Below the pieces are notes generated by a model, which did not search any database, was not told the origin of the DNA, and saw nothing but the letters and a program-made list of their open reading frames with translations. Position numbers and translations under genes: made by a program. A DNA stretch of 63,741 nt, the filler included, from Octopus bimaculoides (taxonomy: Eukaryota), in the NCBI RefSeq assembly GCF_001194135.2. It is 6 parts of 5 records of this genome, joined end to end, with 100 filler letters (N's around TTAATTAATTAA, not from the genome) between each part and the next. Parts side by side here need not be neighbours in the genome. Positions count along the whole stretch, not along the records: positions 19,566 to 23,836 come from NC_069005.1; positions 23,937 to 37,265 come from NC_068984.1; 4 more parts are not named here. One strand, 5' to 3'. Shown here piece by piece: positions 22,953 through 34,866 of this stretch. Numbering within the stretch: the stretch's first letter is position 1; every line of letters starts with the position of its first letter.

Positions 22953-23777
22953 NNNNNNNNNNNNNNNNNNNNNNNNNNNNNNNNNNNNNNNNNNNNNNNN
23001 NNNNNNNNNNNNNNNNNNNNNNNNNNNNNNNNNNNNNNNNNNNNNNNNNNNNNNNNNNNNNNNNNNNNNNNNNNNNNNNNNNNNNNNNNNNNNNNNNNNN
23101 NNNNNNNNNNNNNNNNNNNNNNNNNNNNNNNNNNNNNNNNNNNNNNNNNNNNNNNNNNNNNNNNNNNNNNNNNNNNNNNNNNNNNNNNNNNNNNNNNNNN
23201 NNNNNNNNNNNNNNATATATATATATATATATACACATATATATATATATGTATATAAATAGACATATATATGCATATGCATATATTCATATATGTATAT
23301 ATATACATATGTATTTAAATATATATATATATGCATACATACATACTTGCATTTTGCATGAAAATATATATGGGTGTATATGTACATTTGCACACAAGCA
23401 TGTACACATGGCTTGTTTTGTATACATGAATAAATACGTATATAAATATACATACATTTCTACATATACACGCGCACAAACGCATAGACAGATACAAAAG
23501 AAATGCGTGTGTATGTTTGAATGTGTGTGTATATATGTTTAAATACGCAAGCGCAAATTACAATCTATGGCCGAAGGTAGAGCAATGAAAGAATGCAAGA
23601 GATATTTCAAAATGTTGGTTTAATATTAAAATCAGTGAATAACAAGAACTTCTCCCGGAAACGGAAATAGACCAGTCGCTCAGATTTAAACATAACACAG
23701 CATAGAGAACCTACATGTATATATACTTATATATACGGACATATACATATATACAAGCAAACACATATGTACGTATT

Positions 23778-23835
<58 letters not shown>

Positions 23836-23936
23836 TNNNNNNNNNNNNNNNNNNNNNNNNNNNNNNNNNNNNNNNNNNNNTTAATTAATTAANNNNNNNN
23901 NNNNNNNNNNNNNNNNNNNNNNNNNNNNNNNNNNNN

Positions 23937-24280
23937 ATATCTTCTGTTGAAAAACCTTCAAATTCGGAATCACTGCTTGATAGCATGAAACTCCTCTCCA
24001 TCTTCAAAGTTGAAAAAAATTAACGCCGCAAAAAATGTGGAAAAAAATCTTCCAAAATTCACTGACTTCAAATATCATGGCAAATAATGTCAGAGACAAT
24101 AACTCAACTGTTTGCAAAGTGAAATCAGGTGTTTGAACGAATGTACTAACGAAATTTGGGTTCAAATATACATTTAAATAACAATGGGTACGCTCGGCCG
24201 GCTACGGCTGGGTTAGTCTTATGAACCCCAAAATTTTTCCGGCTGGCTACGGCCAGGTTAGTAACAAAAGGGAGGGTTAA
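23937..24280. mobile_element. Possible right end of a piggyBac-like non-autonomous element
   Basis: Ends AGGG|TTAA at 24273-24280 with two subterminal direct repeats GGCYGGCTACGGCYRGGTTAGT; left end lost in or near the gap. Confidence 0.4.
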
Positions 24281-24684
24281 TCATAAGTCTATATGATGAA
24301 AACTAACTTGAAATAGACAACAACAATTAAAACAAAAGCTTAAAACAAAAAATGAAGAATTGAAACTGGGTCATAAACATAGCCTGCTGAGAATTTACTT
24401 TAGTTCTACCATATCTGCAATTCTAACAAGAATGATGGTGATGATGGTGGTGATGATGATGATGGTGGTGATGAGAATGATGATGTTGGTGGTGGTGATG
24501 ATGAAGATAGTGATGATGATAATGATGGTGGTGGTGATTGTGATGATAAAGATGGCAGTGGGGATGATGATGATAAAACACTAACAACAATAAAATCTCT
24601 ATGGAAATCACATAAGACAGAGAAAAGAAAATCAAATAACAAATTTGTTAAAATGTTTCTTTTACATTCTTAATGGGAAGATGG

Positions 24685-24716
<32 letters not shown>

Positions 24717-25404
24717 AAACTGAAGTTGTGCAAACTGGTTAAGAAAAATAAAGTCAGAATTTTAAAATGATCAAAACTGTTAAAAAAAAAATATTAAAAA
24801 ACATCTTTGCATTGGATGTACTAAGAATTGATTTGTAATTATTTTATTTTTTAAATATTAAAAATATGTCTAATTCATTGAGTAGTGTAAAAGTATGATT
24901 AAAAAAAAAAAAAACCTCCTCAAAAACATGCTAATACCAAAGCTGGTATGTTAGTCAACTTGGAAGGTTTTGATATAGCAAGCATTCAAAAATAAAACAA
25001 ACCAGTTTGTGTTCATTAATTCAAATCGATTAATGAATTAAAGATTAATTAATGAACATTTGACTAACTAATTTCCTTTATATACACACATTTAGTACAT
25101 GTACACACATATACAAGACAAACACACACACAAACACTTGGTTCATGTACACATGCATGCACACACTTACAAAGCAAACATGAAAAAATACACACACACA
25201 TGGACAGACTTGAAAACAAACAAATTCATATTCATTAATTTTTATTTCTGTAGATTATGGCCCCACAGTTGCCAATTCATACAATTCTTATTCCTGAAGG
25301 CCTCTAATCAATATTGAACACTGTATTGGTAAATTAGTAGAACAATAGATAAACTGTCTGGTGGTTTTTAGATGATTACACTCAGGTTCTGAGCTCTATG
25401 CAAA

Positions 25405-25685
25405 ATATTAATTGAATACACTTAAGCTCAGTTTTAAGCACAATTTTAATTGAATACATCTACGCTCAGTTCTAAGCTTAGTTTTAATCAAATACATTTA
25501 GGCTCAGTTCTCAGCACAATTCTAATTGAATACATTTAGGCTCAGTTCTGAGCTCAAGTTTAAGTTTAAACGAAGTTTAAACGAATACATTTAGGCTTTG
25601 CGTTCTGAGCTCAATTCTAATTGAATACATTTAGGCTCACTACTAAGCTCTACATTTAGGCTCTGTGTCCTAAGCTCAATTTTAA
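25405..25685. repeat. Minisatellite, ~37-bp unit (AATTGAATACATTTAGGCTCAGTTCTRAGCWCAATTYT)
   Basis: About 6-7 degenerate copies visible. Confidence 0.8.
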
Positions 25686-28600
25686 TTTCTTCTTCCAGAC
25701 TTGATAAGATAAAGTACTAACCAAGACAAATATTGATATAATCAACAAATAAAGTGCTAACCAAAAACAAGCATTAATATAATTGTCTATACTCATCTCC
25801 CCGATTTTAAGTCTTGTATAGTCATTTGCTTGTTTCATTTAATATCCATTTTCCATGTTTTTCTGGAATAGTTGGAAGTGAATTTTGAAGCAGGGATTTT
25901 ACAGTCAAAAGAATATCCCATACTCAACTCTTATGTGTTTCTCAGAGGAATTTGAGAGTGTAAAGACAGTAGATGATTGTATGGACAAAAAATGTCAACA
26001 CACATCACCAGTTTTGCCCAATCAAAAATGATGTCACTGATCATATGCATAGCTCAATTGAGTTTTGTAGGAGACATTATCCGAGGTCCATGCAGTGGGA
26101 CTGAACCTAAAGCCATGTAGTTAAGAAGCAAGCTTTTTAACCACATAGCCTTGCCCATGCTTGTACTTATATTTGAAATCAATACTGAGCTAGTTGTGTG
26201 CTCAATCACTGAGCCATTTTCTCTGTGATATCTCTTGTTCTGATGACTTCTGTTCTAGTAAATGCTCAGTGATTTATATACAGATAAGACACTATGAAAT
26301 GAAAATTCTTTAAATTACTTAGAAGATCATTGAGTCTCTACTGAAAATGTTATTGTTGCTAGTCCCAGATCAGCTATACTTGAGGAGTCTTATGATCAAA
26401 GGCTTTTCAGCTACAATGATTTCATCTTCTTTTTTCAGGCATAGTGCATCTAAGACTACATTATTTAAGATTTCATTTACTTTTTGTTAAAAGACTAGGG
26501 TAGGATTTGAGGAAGGTTTTGTTGCTATTTTTATCAAACTGAGCAGCTGTAGAAGTATTCTTATTGGTTCATTCAAATTTACCCAAAGATTCTGGCACAA
26601 ATGATGCCCAGTTACTATCACTGCAATATAAGTAATGACTGGGTAGTAGCTTCTCAGAGCTAAAGAAATTTTGAACTACTAACAAAAAGATAAATTCTCT
26701 TGATGCCATCACCAGCATATTGAATACAAAGAAAAAAACCCCCTATGTGAGAGTTTTTAAGAAGCCTCCAAATACACTCCTGTCTACCTTTAAAGGAAGA
26801 ATCACACATTTATATTCTAAATACAAATGTTAGCTCAGTACATCTTACAATAATTAATAACTGAATGATTCTGTAATTCATTAACCATTTCGTTATCATA
26901 TTTCTAATGAAAGACACTACCTTTATTTCAATTAATCTTTGACAACAATGAAGAATTTAGTAAAATTACTATGTCATTATTAAAACCTAAGCTTGGAATA
27001 ATAAATTAACATGAAATTTTAAACAACCAAGGGGTGGTATCAAGAGTTAAACACTGTATAATAAATAAAGCAAGCAATGCCAAATAGATTGTAGTAGCTC
27101 CTTCCCATCATCAACAAGAACAGCTTCCAAGATTTACTAAAATCCAATTGATTGAAGGGTTGCTTGTTGCAGAGAGATACCTTCACATTTGCTTATGACA
27201 TATTTGAATTCTTTTAATGATATCAGTCACTAGGATATGACCATTCTGGGGCACTGATCTATTCCAGTACATGGTTGGTATCTATTTAAAAGACTTCATA
27301 AGAGTCAAAGGCAAAATTAACCAGGGAAGAATTTGAACTCAAGATGAAATGAAAATCACACACAAAGTATTTTATTTAACTCTCAGTGGATTGTACCATC
27401 TACTTTACAGGATACTTAGAACATTTAACAAAGTTTCTGTTGTATGTGAGATAAAAAATACAAGATAGAACTGACTAAATACCAAATGTAAATTAATCTT
27501 CCATGATTGTTAAGACTACATAAAAAATAACCATTTCCTAGCCTCAAAGTCCTCTTGTCAATCATTGAAATTTGTGCTTCCTGTGTCAGAGATTTGTATC
27601 TGCTGCAGAAAACCCAGATATAATTCTACCTGTCATTAATTTTACATCACATTAAAGGAAGAACATTGTGACATTTAATTATTGTTTTATTCTCTTTGTT
27701 ATTGGCTGGTATTTTGATAAACTTTTGTTCTGCTACAATTTGAGAAAAAAATGAATAAGAAAAGCAAACTATTTGTTTTGTATTGAATAAAAACCACACT
27801 GAAATAACGAATAAATTAAAAGTCAATCATAATGAAGAAATTAAGTCAGTTATAATTAGACAAAATTTTGTGATGTAGGGAGAGGCAATTGTTGACCCTG
27901 AATAATAATTTGGAAAGGTCAATAAAATCTTCAACCCAAAACTAATTTGAATATGCATTAGGCTTCATTATGAAAACTAATTCAAAACTGAAATTCAAAT
28001 TTTCTTCAGGAATAAAGAATAGCAGTCAAAGAAAGTATAGAGAGTGAAGCAAAATACCTCATAGTAATTGGCTCCATCTTGCTAAAACTTCAGTTTCAAA
28101 CCCTGCAGATGTTAACTGTGCTTTTCATTTTCTAGTGGCTGGTAAAATTACAACCAGTAATATAACTAGCTCACTTCAGCTGCTTGTATTCCTACCAAAA
28201 ATGATCTTATGCTTTGAATAAATCAAACAGTAAATCTCCTATAATAGTTCATCACCATAATTTAATGTCTCCATTTGCATGGGTCAGATAAAACTTATTG
28301 AGGCAGATTTTCTATGGCTTGATACCTACCTTGTTACCAAACCTCAACTGTTTCCAAGCAACCTAACATTACCCCATGATCAAGCATGTTTTTTTTTTAT
28401 GGAAGACTGGAAACAAACAACATTGCTTGTATGATGATGATGCCCATTTATAACCATCATGTGATGTTGGGACAAGGGTATACACAAACACACATACATA
28501 TACAACAGGCTTTTTTCACTATGTATAACAAATTAACTCTCAAGACTGGCTGACTTGAGGCCATAGCAGAAGACACTTACCAAAGATGCCATGCAGTGGG

Positions 28601-28854
28601 ACTGAACTTCAGACCACATAGTTGGGAAATGAACTACTTAACCACACAACCACACCTGCACCTAGCCAGGCATGAAAAAATTATGTATCTATGAGTTAAC
28701 TCCTGTTTTTGTACAATTAAGCCGATTCAAAAGTAGCCCTTTACAGGTAAATTTCCAAAACCTGGCACCAATTCAGGAATGACAATAGAGCTGCGATAAT
28801 AGAGAATTGTTCAGAAACAAATTGCAGATCTGATCCAAATTGCAGATCTGATCA

Positions 28855-29620
28855 AACCTGTGAGTCATGATGTAGCTTTAATTCTTCAGGATTTGGCAAA
28901 ATTTGAAATCAGAACCTAAACATGCAACTAAATATCACAAAGCATTTTCTCCAAAACTTTAGACAGCATATCTCAGCTTGTAAGTCCAGAGATGGTAGAC
29001 TATCATCACATACCACAATCTACTTGGTACATGTGGGCTATGAGATAGTAATTTACCATCTTAGACAGCAATCCTGAGCTTGTGAGTCATGAGCTGGCAG
29101 TCTGACACAGTGCACAGTTGATGTGAGTCATGAAGTAGCAGTCTACTATGTTAGACAGTAGGTATAAGCTTGAGGGTGTTGAGCTGGCAATCTAATAATC
29201 CAGACAATAAATACGAGCTGTGAGTAGTCAGTCTGTTGCACAGCAGACTCAAGTGCTTGAACCATTAGCTGTTAACCCTTAGATAGAAGACTGGTACTTT
29301 GACCACAATACTTTTTGAACTTTGAGAACAGATACAATCCATCTAGTTTAACATTTTAGTAGATATAAGCCACACGGTGGCAGGCTGATATCAGATAGAT
29401 CGAAATTTGTGAACCAAGAGCTGTCTGTGAATACTTCTGATAGCAAATGAAGCATAAACTGGAAGCCCAACACCTTAGGCAGTAGATCTGACCTTATGAA
29501 CTATGGGCTGGCAGTTTAATACCTTAGACAAAAGACAGAGTTCCAGGAGTTCAACACTTTAGACAAGCAGATGTGAGACCTAGAGTGATAATAAAACACC
29601 TCAGACAGAAGATGTGATCC
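28855..29620. repeat. Highly diverged tandem array, unit ~50 bp (TTAGACAGCAATCCTGAGCTTGTGAGTCATGAGCTGGCAGTCT-like)
   Basis: TTAGACAG, GAGTCATGA and GCTGGCAGT motifs recur with roughly regular spacing. Confidence 0.7.
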
Positions 29621-29631
29621 ACTCAAGTAAC

Positions 29632-29640
29632 TTACCACTG
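29632..29640 (-). CDS. Gene 2 probable terminal coding segment (CAG TGG TAA)
   Basis: Follows a 71-nt intron (29641-29711) ending TTTTCTTTTCTCTAAG; reads Q-W-stop. Confidence 0.65.
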   Translation of the reverse strand, partial: QW

Positions 29641-32600
29641 CTTAGAGAAAAGAAAAATTAATAGTTTATCAGAGGTTGGGGATTTGAAATGAAACTCCAA
29701 AAGGTACTTACTTCAATCATTGCAATAAAAAGACGGTCTATAAATGAAACCCATGTATGAGGCATTAGCAGACAGCGGTGCCATTCTGAAGGTTGAACTG
29801 GGACCTGAAATTTTGTGAAACAGAAGAGAATTTATGAGAACAATGAAAGCCAGGTATCTATAAACATGCAATAGTAAATTATAGTGGTGGTGTATCTATG
29901 TCATTCAACATTCAGGAGTCAGTTGTTTGACCAAGTGAATTACCTGCCCCTAAATTCCATGGACACATACATCATCATCATCATCATCATTATTTAACGT
30001 TTGTTTTCCATACTGGCATGGGTTGGATGGTTCGACAGAAACTGGTAAAGCCAGGGTCTGCGCTAGGTTTTATAGTTTGTTTTTGTTTGATTTCTATGGC
30101 TGGATGTCCTTCCTAACACCAACCACTTTACTGAGGGTAGTGAGTGCTTTTTACATGGCATCATTACCAGTGCTTGTTATGTGGCACCAGCATTCACACC
30201 AATGGTTTGGTGTGGCACTTTGATTTTAGGGACTAACTTTAGTTTTGGGATCTCAAAATTCTCAGGCATAGTATGTGACAAAGCTGCATTTTTAAATTAC
30301 TGATGGGCTTCTAAGCAGTTTCTGTGAATTCAATTTCACTCATAAAGTACGAGTCAACCCAAGGCTATAGAAAATGACATTTGCTTAAGATGCCATTCTG
30401 TGGGATTAAACACAAGACCTCATGGCTGCAAAGCAACCTCCTAAACCATTTGGCCACACTGCATCTACAGGGAATTATAATACCCATCAAAATAAAATCA
30501 ATCAAAATCAATAATATAGGTACCTCATGAAGTAAAGTACTGAATATCTGCTGGAAATTTTTGCTTTGGCTCAGTATCTTATGTGGCTTTGGTGCTTTGT
30601 TTTGTTCAGCCGGTAGGTTATAAGCAAAGAGCAGGCCAGCTGGAAATAAATCATGAAAATAATATAAGTCAAATAAAATAAATGAAGCAATTTAATAGTT
30701 AATATAAGAACATAAGTGATGGTGGTAGAAAGGAAGAAATGAGACATACCTTTAACTTTAACACTCTATATTCCCTGTTTAATTCTTGCTAGTTTAATTC
30801 TGATTAATTTTTGTTTAACTTTATTTTTTGTTTCTCTGCCATCAATAGAACTAGCTTCACACCTTCCCCCACATTAATGCTTTGTGCCAATGTAAGAAAT
30901 CAATAATTTAGTTAGTGATAGACTAAATAACAACAACAACAATGATAATCCTTTCTACAATAGGCTCAAGGCCTGAAATTTTGAGGGATGGGTACTCGTT
31001 GATTACATCAACCCAAGTATTTGACTGGTACTTATTTTATTGATCCTGAAAGGCAAAGTCGACTTCACCAACTTTTGCTCAAAATATAAACATGAATGAA
31101 ATGCCAATAAGTGTTTTGTTCAGTGTTGAAACAATTCATTATTATTATTATTATTATTATTATAATAAGAATAATAATAATGATAATAATACTTTCTACT
31201 TAGGGCACAGGGCCTGAAATTTGAGGGAGGGGGATAATAGATTACATTGACATCAGTGCTCATCTGGTACTTATTTTATCAACCTCAAAAGGATGAAAGG
31301 TAAGGTCGATCCCAGTGGCATTTGAACTCAGAATTTAAAGACAGGTGAAATACCTCTAAGTATTTTGCCCAGCTTGCTAATGATTCTGCTAGCTCTCCGT
31401 AGTAGTAGTAATAATAATAATAATACATCCTTGTTATAATGTTTACATTTTTATTCTCATATGAGTCAAGCAAGGTTACGTTAGAGCAGAGTTTTCTGTG
31501 ACTGGATTCTCTTACTGTTACATACATCACAACCATATGTGTGAGACATGGTGATCTCATATCAAAATAAACAGTGCATGACCTTGCAGGTGGGGCTCAG
31601 TTAGAATTTTCTTGCAATCGAGTAACCCATCCTGCTCAAACGGTTCTTGAATAAGGGTTGTTTAAAGATGTTGAACAAAACACCCATGTTTCCAGAGGTG
31701 AACTATTCAAACCCTACAGAATTCCTCTCAACACATGGCTATGATGCTCCCCCATACTTCTGTTCATGATCAGAGATGCACATATTGTCAACCACTAAGG
31801 GGTATGCTCAACTGGCTAAGGTCAAACAACTGACAAGCAGATCTGTGGTTTGAGCAGGATATTTACTGTAGCCCATCTTTTACACCAAAACAAAACATGT
31901 ACATGATAACACTTTCAATCAGTTAAGATCAGAATTATTATCATTAATATTATCATTCCACAAGGTAAAGAAAAACTGTAAGAAAGATCAGTATTAAGAA
32001 AGATAAGGTTGAATGGGTATAGATCAGCTGATCCCTCTTATAGCCTTTCTTTTACCTTGTGGAATGACCCCTGCAAAGACATCAGAGTCTAAGATTGAAT
32101 CTGAATCTTTTGAGCACTACTGTCTTCAATATAGAGAATATCTGNNNNNNNNNNNNNNNNNNNNNNNNNNNNNNNNNNNNNNNNNNNNNNNNNNNNNNNN
32201 NNNNNNNNNNNNNNNNNNNNNNNNNNNNNNNNNNNNNNNNNNNNNNNNNNNNNNNNNNNNNNNNNNNNNNNNNNNNNNNNNNNNNNNNNNNNNNNNNNNN
32301 NNNNNNNNNNNNNNNNNNNNNNNNNNNNNNNNNNNNNNNNNNNNNNNNNNNNNNNNNNNNNNNNNNNNNNNNNNNNNNNNNNNNNNNNNNNNNNNNNNNN
32401 NNNNNNNNNNNNNNNNNNNNNNNNNNNNNNNNNNNNNNNNNNNNNNNNNNNNNNNNNNNNNNNNNNNNNNNNNNNNNNNNNNNNNNNNNNNNNNNNNNNN
32501 NNNNNNNNNNNNNNNNNNNNNNNNNNNNNNNNNNNNNNNNNNNNNNNNNNNNNNNNNNNNNNNNNNNNNNNNNNNNNNNNNNNNNNNNNNNNNNNNNNNN

Positions 32601-34129
32601 NNNNNNNNNNNNNNNNNNNNNNNNNNNNNNNNNNNNNNNNNNNNNNNNNNNNNNNNNNNNNNNNNNNNNNNNNNNNNNNNNNNNNNNNNNNNNNNNNNNN
32701 NNNNNNNNNNNNNGGCAAGCCAAGTGAGAACATAATCTGAGGACTCTGCCAGGGGTGTAGGCATCCCACTTACGTGTATCTTTCCTTCATTGGACACTAA
32801 ACTCTGCTTGCGAAAACCTGTTGAGGCAAGTGAAATAAAAATCAAACCAAATTCGATGACTGGCACCCATGCCAACCTCTCTTTCATTGGACACTAAACT
32901 CGGCTTGCGAAGACTTGTTGGGGCAAGTGAAATCAAAATCAAATCAAATTCGCAATTGGATGAAATCGTGATGGCGCCTGTACCAGTGGAGTGCTAAGAG
33001 CACCGTCCGAGCGTGATCATTGCTAGAGCTGCTGTCTGGCTTCCGTGCCAGTGGCACGTAAATAGCACCATTTAAGTGTGATCGTTACCAGCATCGCCTT
33101 CCTGGCACTTGTGCCGGTGGCACGTGGAAAACATTCAAGTGAGGTCGTTGCCAGTGCCGCTGGACTAGCTCCTGTGCAGGTGGCATGTAAAATACACCCT
33201 TTTGAGCGTGGCCGTTGCCAGTACTGCCTGATTGGCCTTCGTGCCAGTGGAATGTAAAGGCACCCACTACACTCTTGGAGTGGTTGGCATTGGGAAGGGC
33301 AGATATATTTTGGTGCTAAAAACACAGAAATATGCCAGTAGCAGACAAAGTGTCTAGCAGCAGTAGTGGAATTGCTAAATATGTATTTCTGCTTTTTGTG
33401 AGCATGATCAGTAGCAAATACCCACCAGCCAAGACAAATTTTGCTTTCACATTATATCTGCATTAAGTATGATATACAGAATATTATTTTGAATTAATTG
33501 CAAATTTTTATCCAGCTCGTTGGTCAACTGCAAGACCAATGATTCGTTAATTAGTATTTTTCAATATTAGTTGAGGCTAAATGTGTCTAAATATGCAGGT
33601 GATAGTGGACTGATGATGTCCATGGATGCAGAAATGCATATTTAGCAATTTCTCTACTACTGCTACACACTTTTCATCTGCTATTCATACACACCCACCC
33701 AATGCTTTTCTCAGTTTGTCAATCAAATCCACTTATAAGGCTCGGGTTGACCCATTGCTTAAGGTGCCACACAGTGGAACTGAACTCACAAAGCACATGA
33801 CTGGAAGTGAACTTCTCAACCACAGAGCTATGTCTGCACTAAACCACACATGCATATTATATAGATATACTGTATATGAGAACATTCTCATATACAGTTT
33901 ATCTATATAATATAAAGCACATATTTAAAAATCTAAATCTTACCAGCTAATCCTGGTCTCAGGCCTGGTTGTTTGGTTTGCTCATAGAGATGCTGAAGGA
34001 GGGTTGGTATTTCATTTAAAGCTTTCTCTTGGTTTCCTGTGCCATACTTTCTGTTTAATGAACTGTAAATTCCTCGTGGCAGATTTGTTACTTCATTTTG
34101 CACCATACTATTCAAGAATTCTTCATAAG
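29632..34129 (-). CDS. Uncharacterised multi-exon protein-coding gene (gene 2), core exons 33944-34129, 30524-30639, 29712-29804, 29632-29640
   Basis: Exons with good polypyrimidine-AG acceptors and GT donors chain in frame: ..YEEFLNSMVQNEVTNLPRGIYSSLNRKYGTGNQEKALNEIPTLLQHLYEQTKQPGLRPGLA/AGLLFAYNLPAEQNKAPKPHKILSQSKNFQQIFSTLLHE/VPVQPSEWHRCLLMPHTWVSFIDRLFIAMIE/QW*. I do not recognise the family. Confidence 0.8.
29712..29804 (-). CDS. Gene 2 exon (93 nt, phase 0/0)
   Basis: Acceptor AATTTCAG, donor GAA|GTAAGT; VPVQPSEWHRCLLMPHTWVSFIDRLFIAMIE. Confidence 0.82.
30524..30639 (-). CDS. Gene 2 exon (116 nt, phase 1/0)
   Basis: Acceptor TTTATTTCCAG, donor GAG|GTACCT; only one of three frames is open: GLLFAYNLPAEQNKAPKPHKILSQSKNFQQIFSTLLHE. 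Confidence 0.82.
33944..34129 (-). CDS. Gene 2 exon (186 nt, phase 1/1)
   Basis: Acceptor CATTTTCAG, donor CTG|GTAAGA, open frame; overlaps ORF-track entry 33933..34115. Contains an ATG at 34106 in good context (AGTATGG). Confidence 0.85.
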
Positions 34130-34164
34130 CTGAAAATGATTTGAAAAATGTGAGAATTTATGAT

Positions 34165-34866
34165 TTAAATCTTAAAAGAAAATTTTAATTAATCAATTAA
34201 GTAATTCATTCATTCATGCCAAAAATAAGCAACAGGATATTAAGTAGTGATGCAGTACAACCGTTTTAAGTGGCCCCATTTAATTGTAAAATGCAATCAT
34301 TTCATCAACTTAAATGCAATGCCATCTTCAGCTGAACAAATAAACAAATGGAATTTTAACAAGTAGGACACATTAATATAATTTTTCTGAAATATTTTAA
34401 CAGAGCAAGAAGATGGAAGAAATTCATGTTGTCGCTATTGTAAAGTGGTTGGGATCAGGAGGGCGCATACAGACATAGAAACTGTGCCAATACAGATGAC
34501 TGAAACCTAGTGCAGCTCTCTGGCTTACCAGCTTGCAGCTCTGGTCAAACCATCCAAGCCAGGCCAACATGGAAAATAGGTATCAAAATGATTATAACGA
34601 TGATGAAGTGTGCATTTATGTATGAATGAATGAATGAATAAATGAATGAATAATTAATTAAAATTTTCTTTTAAGATTTAAGTGTATTTTTAGTTACAAT
34701 AGTGACAACATGAATTTCTTCCATCTTCTTGCTCTGTTAAAATATTTCAGAAAAATTATATTAATATATCCTACTTGTTAAAATTCCATTTATTCATTTG
34801 TGCAGCTGAAGATGGCATTGCATTTAAATTAATGAAATGATTGCATTGAAACGGTCATACTGTATC
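34165..34866. repeat. Double inverted duplication in a gene 2 intron (A 34165-34217, B 34249-34443, spacer, A' ~34620-34682, B' 34694-34866)
   Basis: B and B' are near-identical reverse complements over ~150 bp; A and A' share TTAAATCTTAAAAGAAAATTTTAATTAAT. Confidence 0.88.

Noticed and set aside
25254-25307. Plus-strand acceptor followed by IMAPQLPIHTILIPEGL*
   Set aside because: No upstream plus-strand exons found; expected by chance in T-rich DNA.
25405-25685. Regularly spaced repeats considered as a CRISPR-like array (also 28855-29620)
   Set aside because: Units are contiguous with no unique spacers, the context is eukaryotic, and there are no cas genes.
33426-33457. 32-nt candidate exon YNVKAKFVLA with donor G|GTGGGT
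   Set aside because: Starts in phase 2, whereas the upstream exon ends in phase 1; an in-frame TAA lies just upstream.
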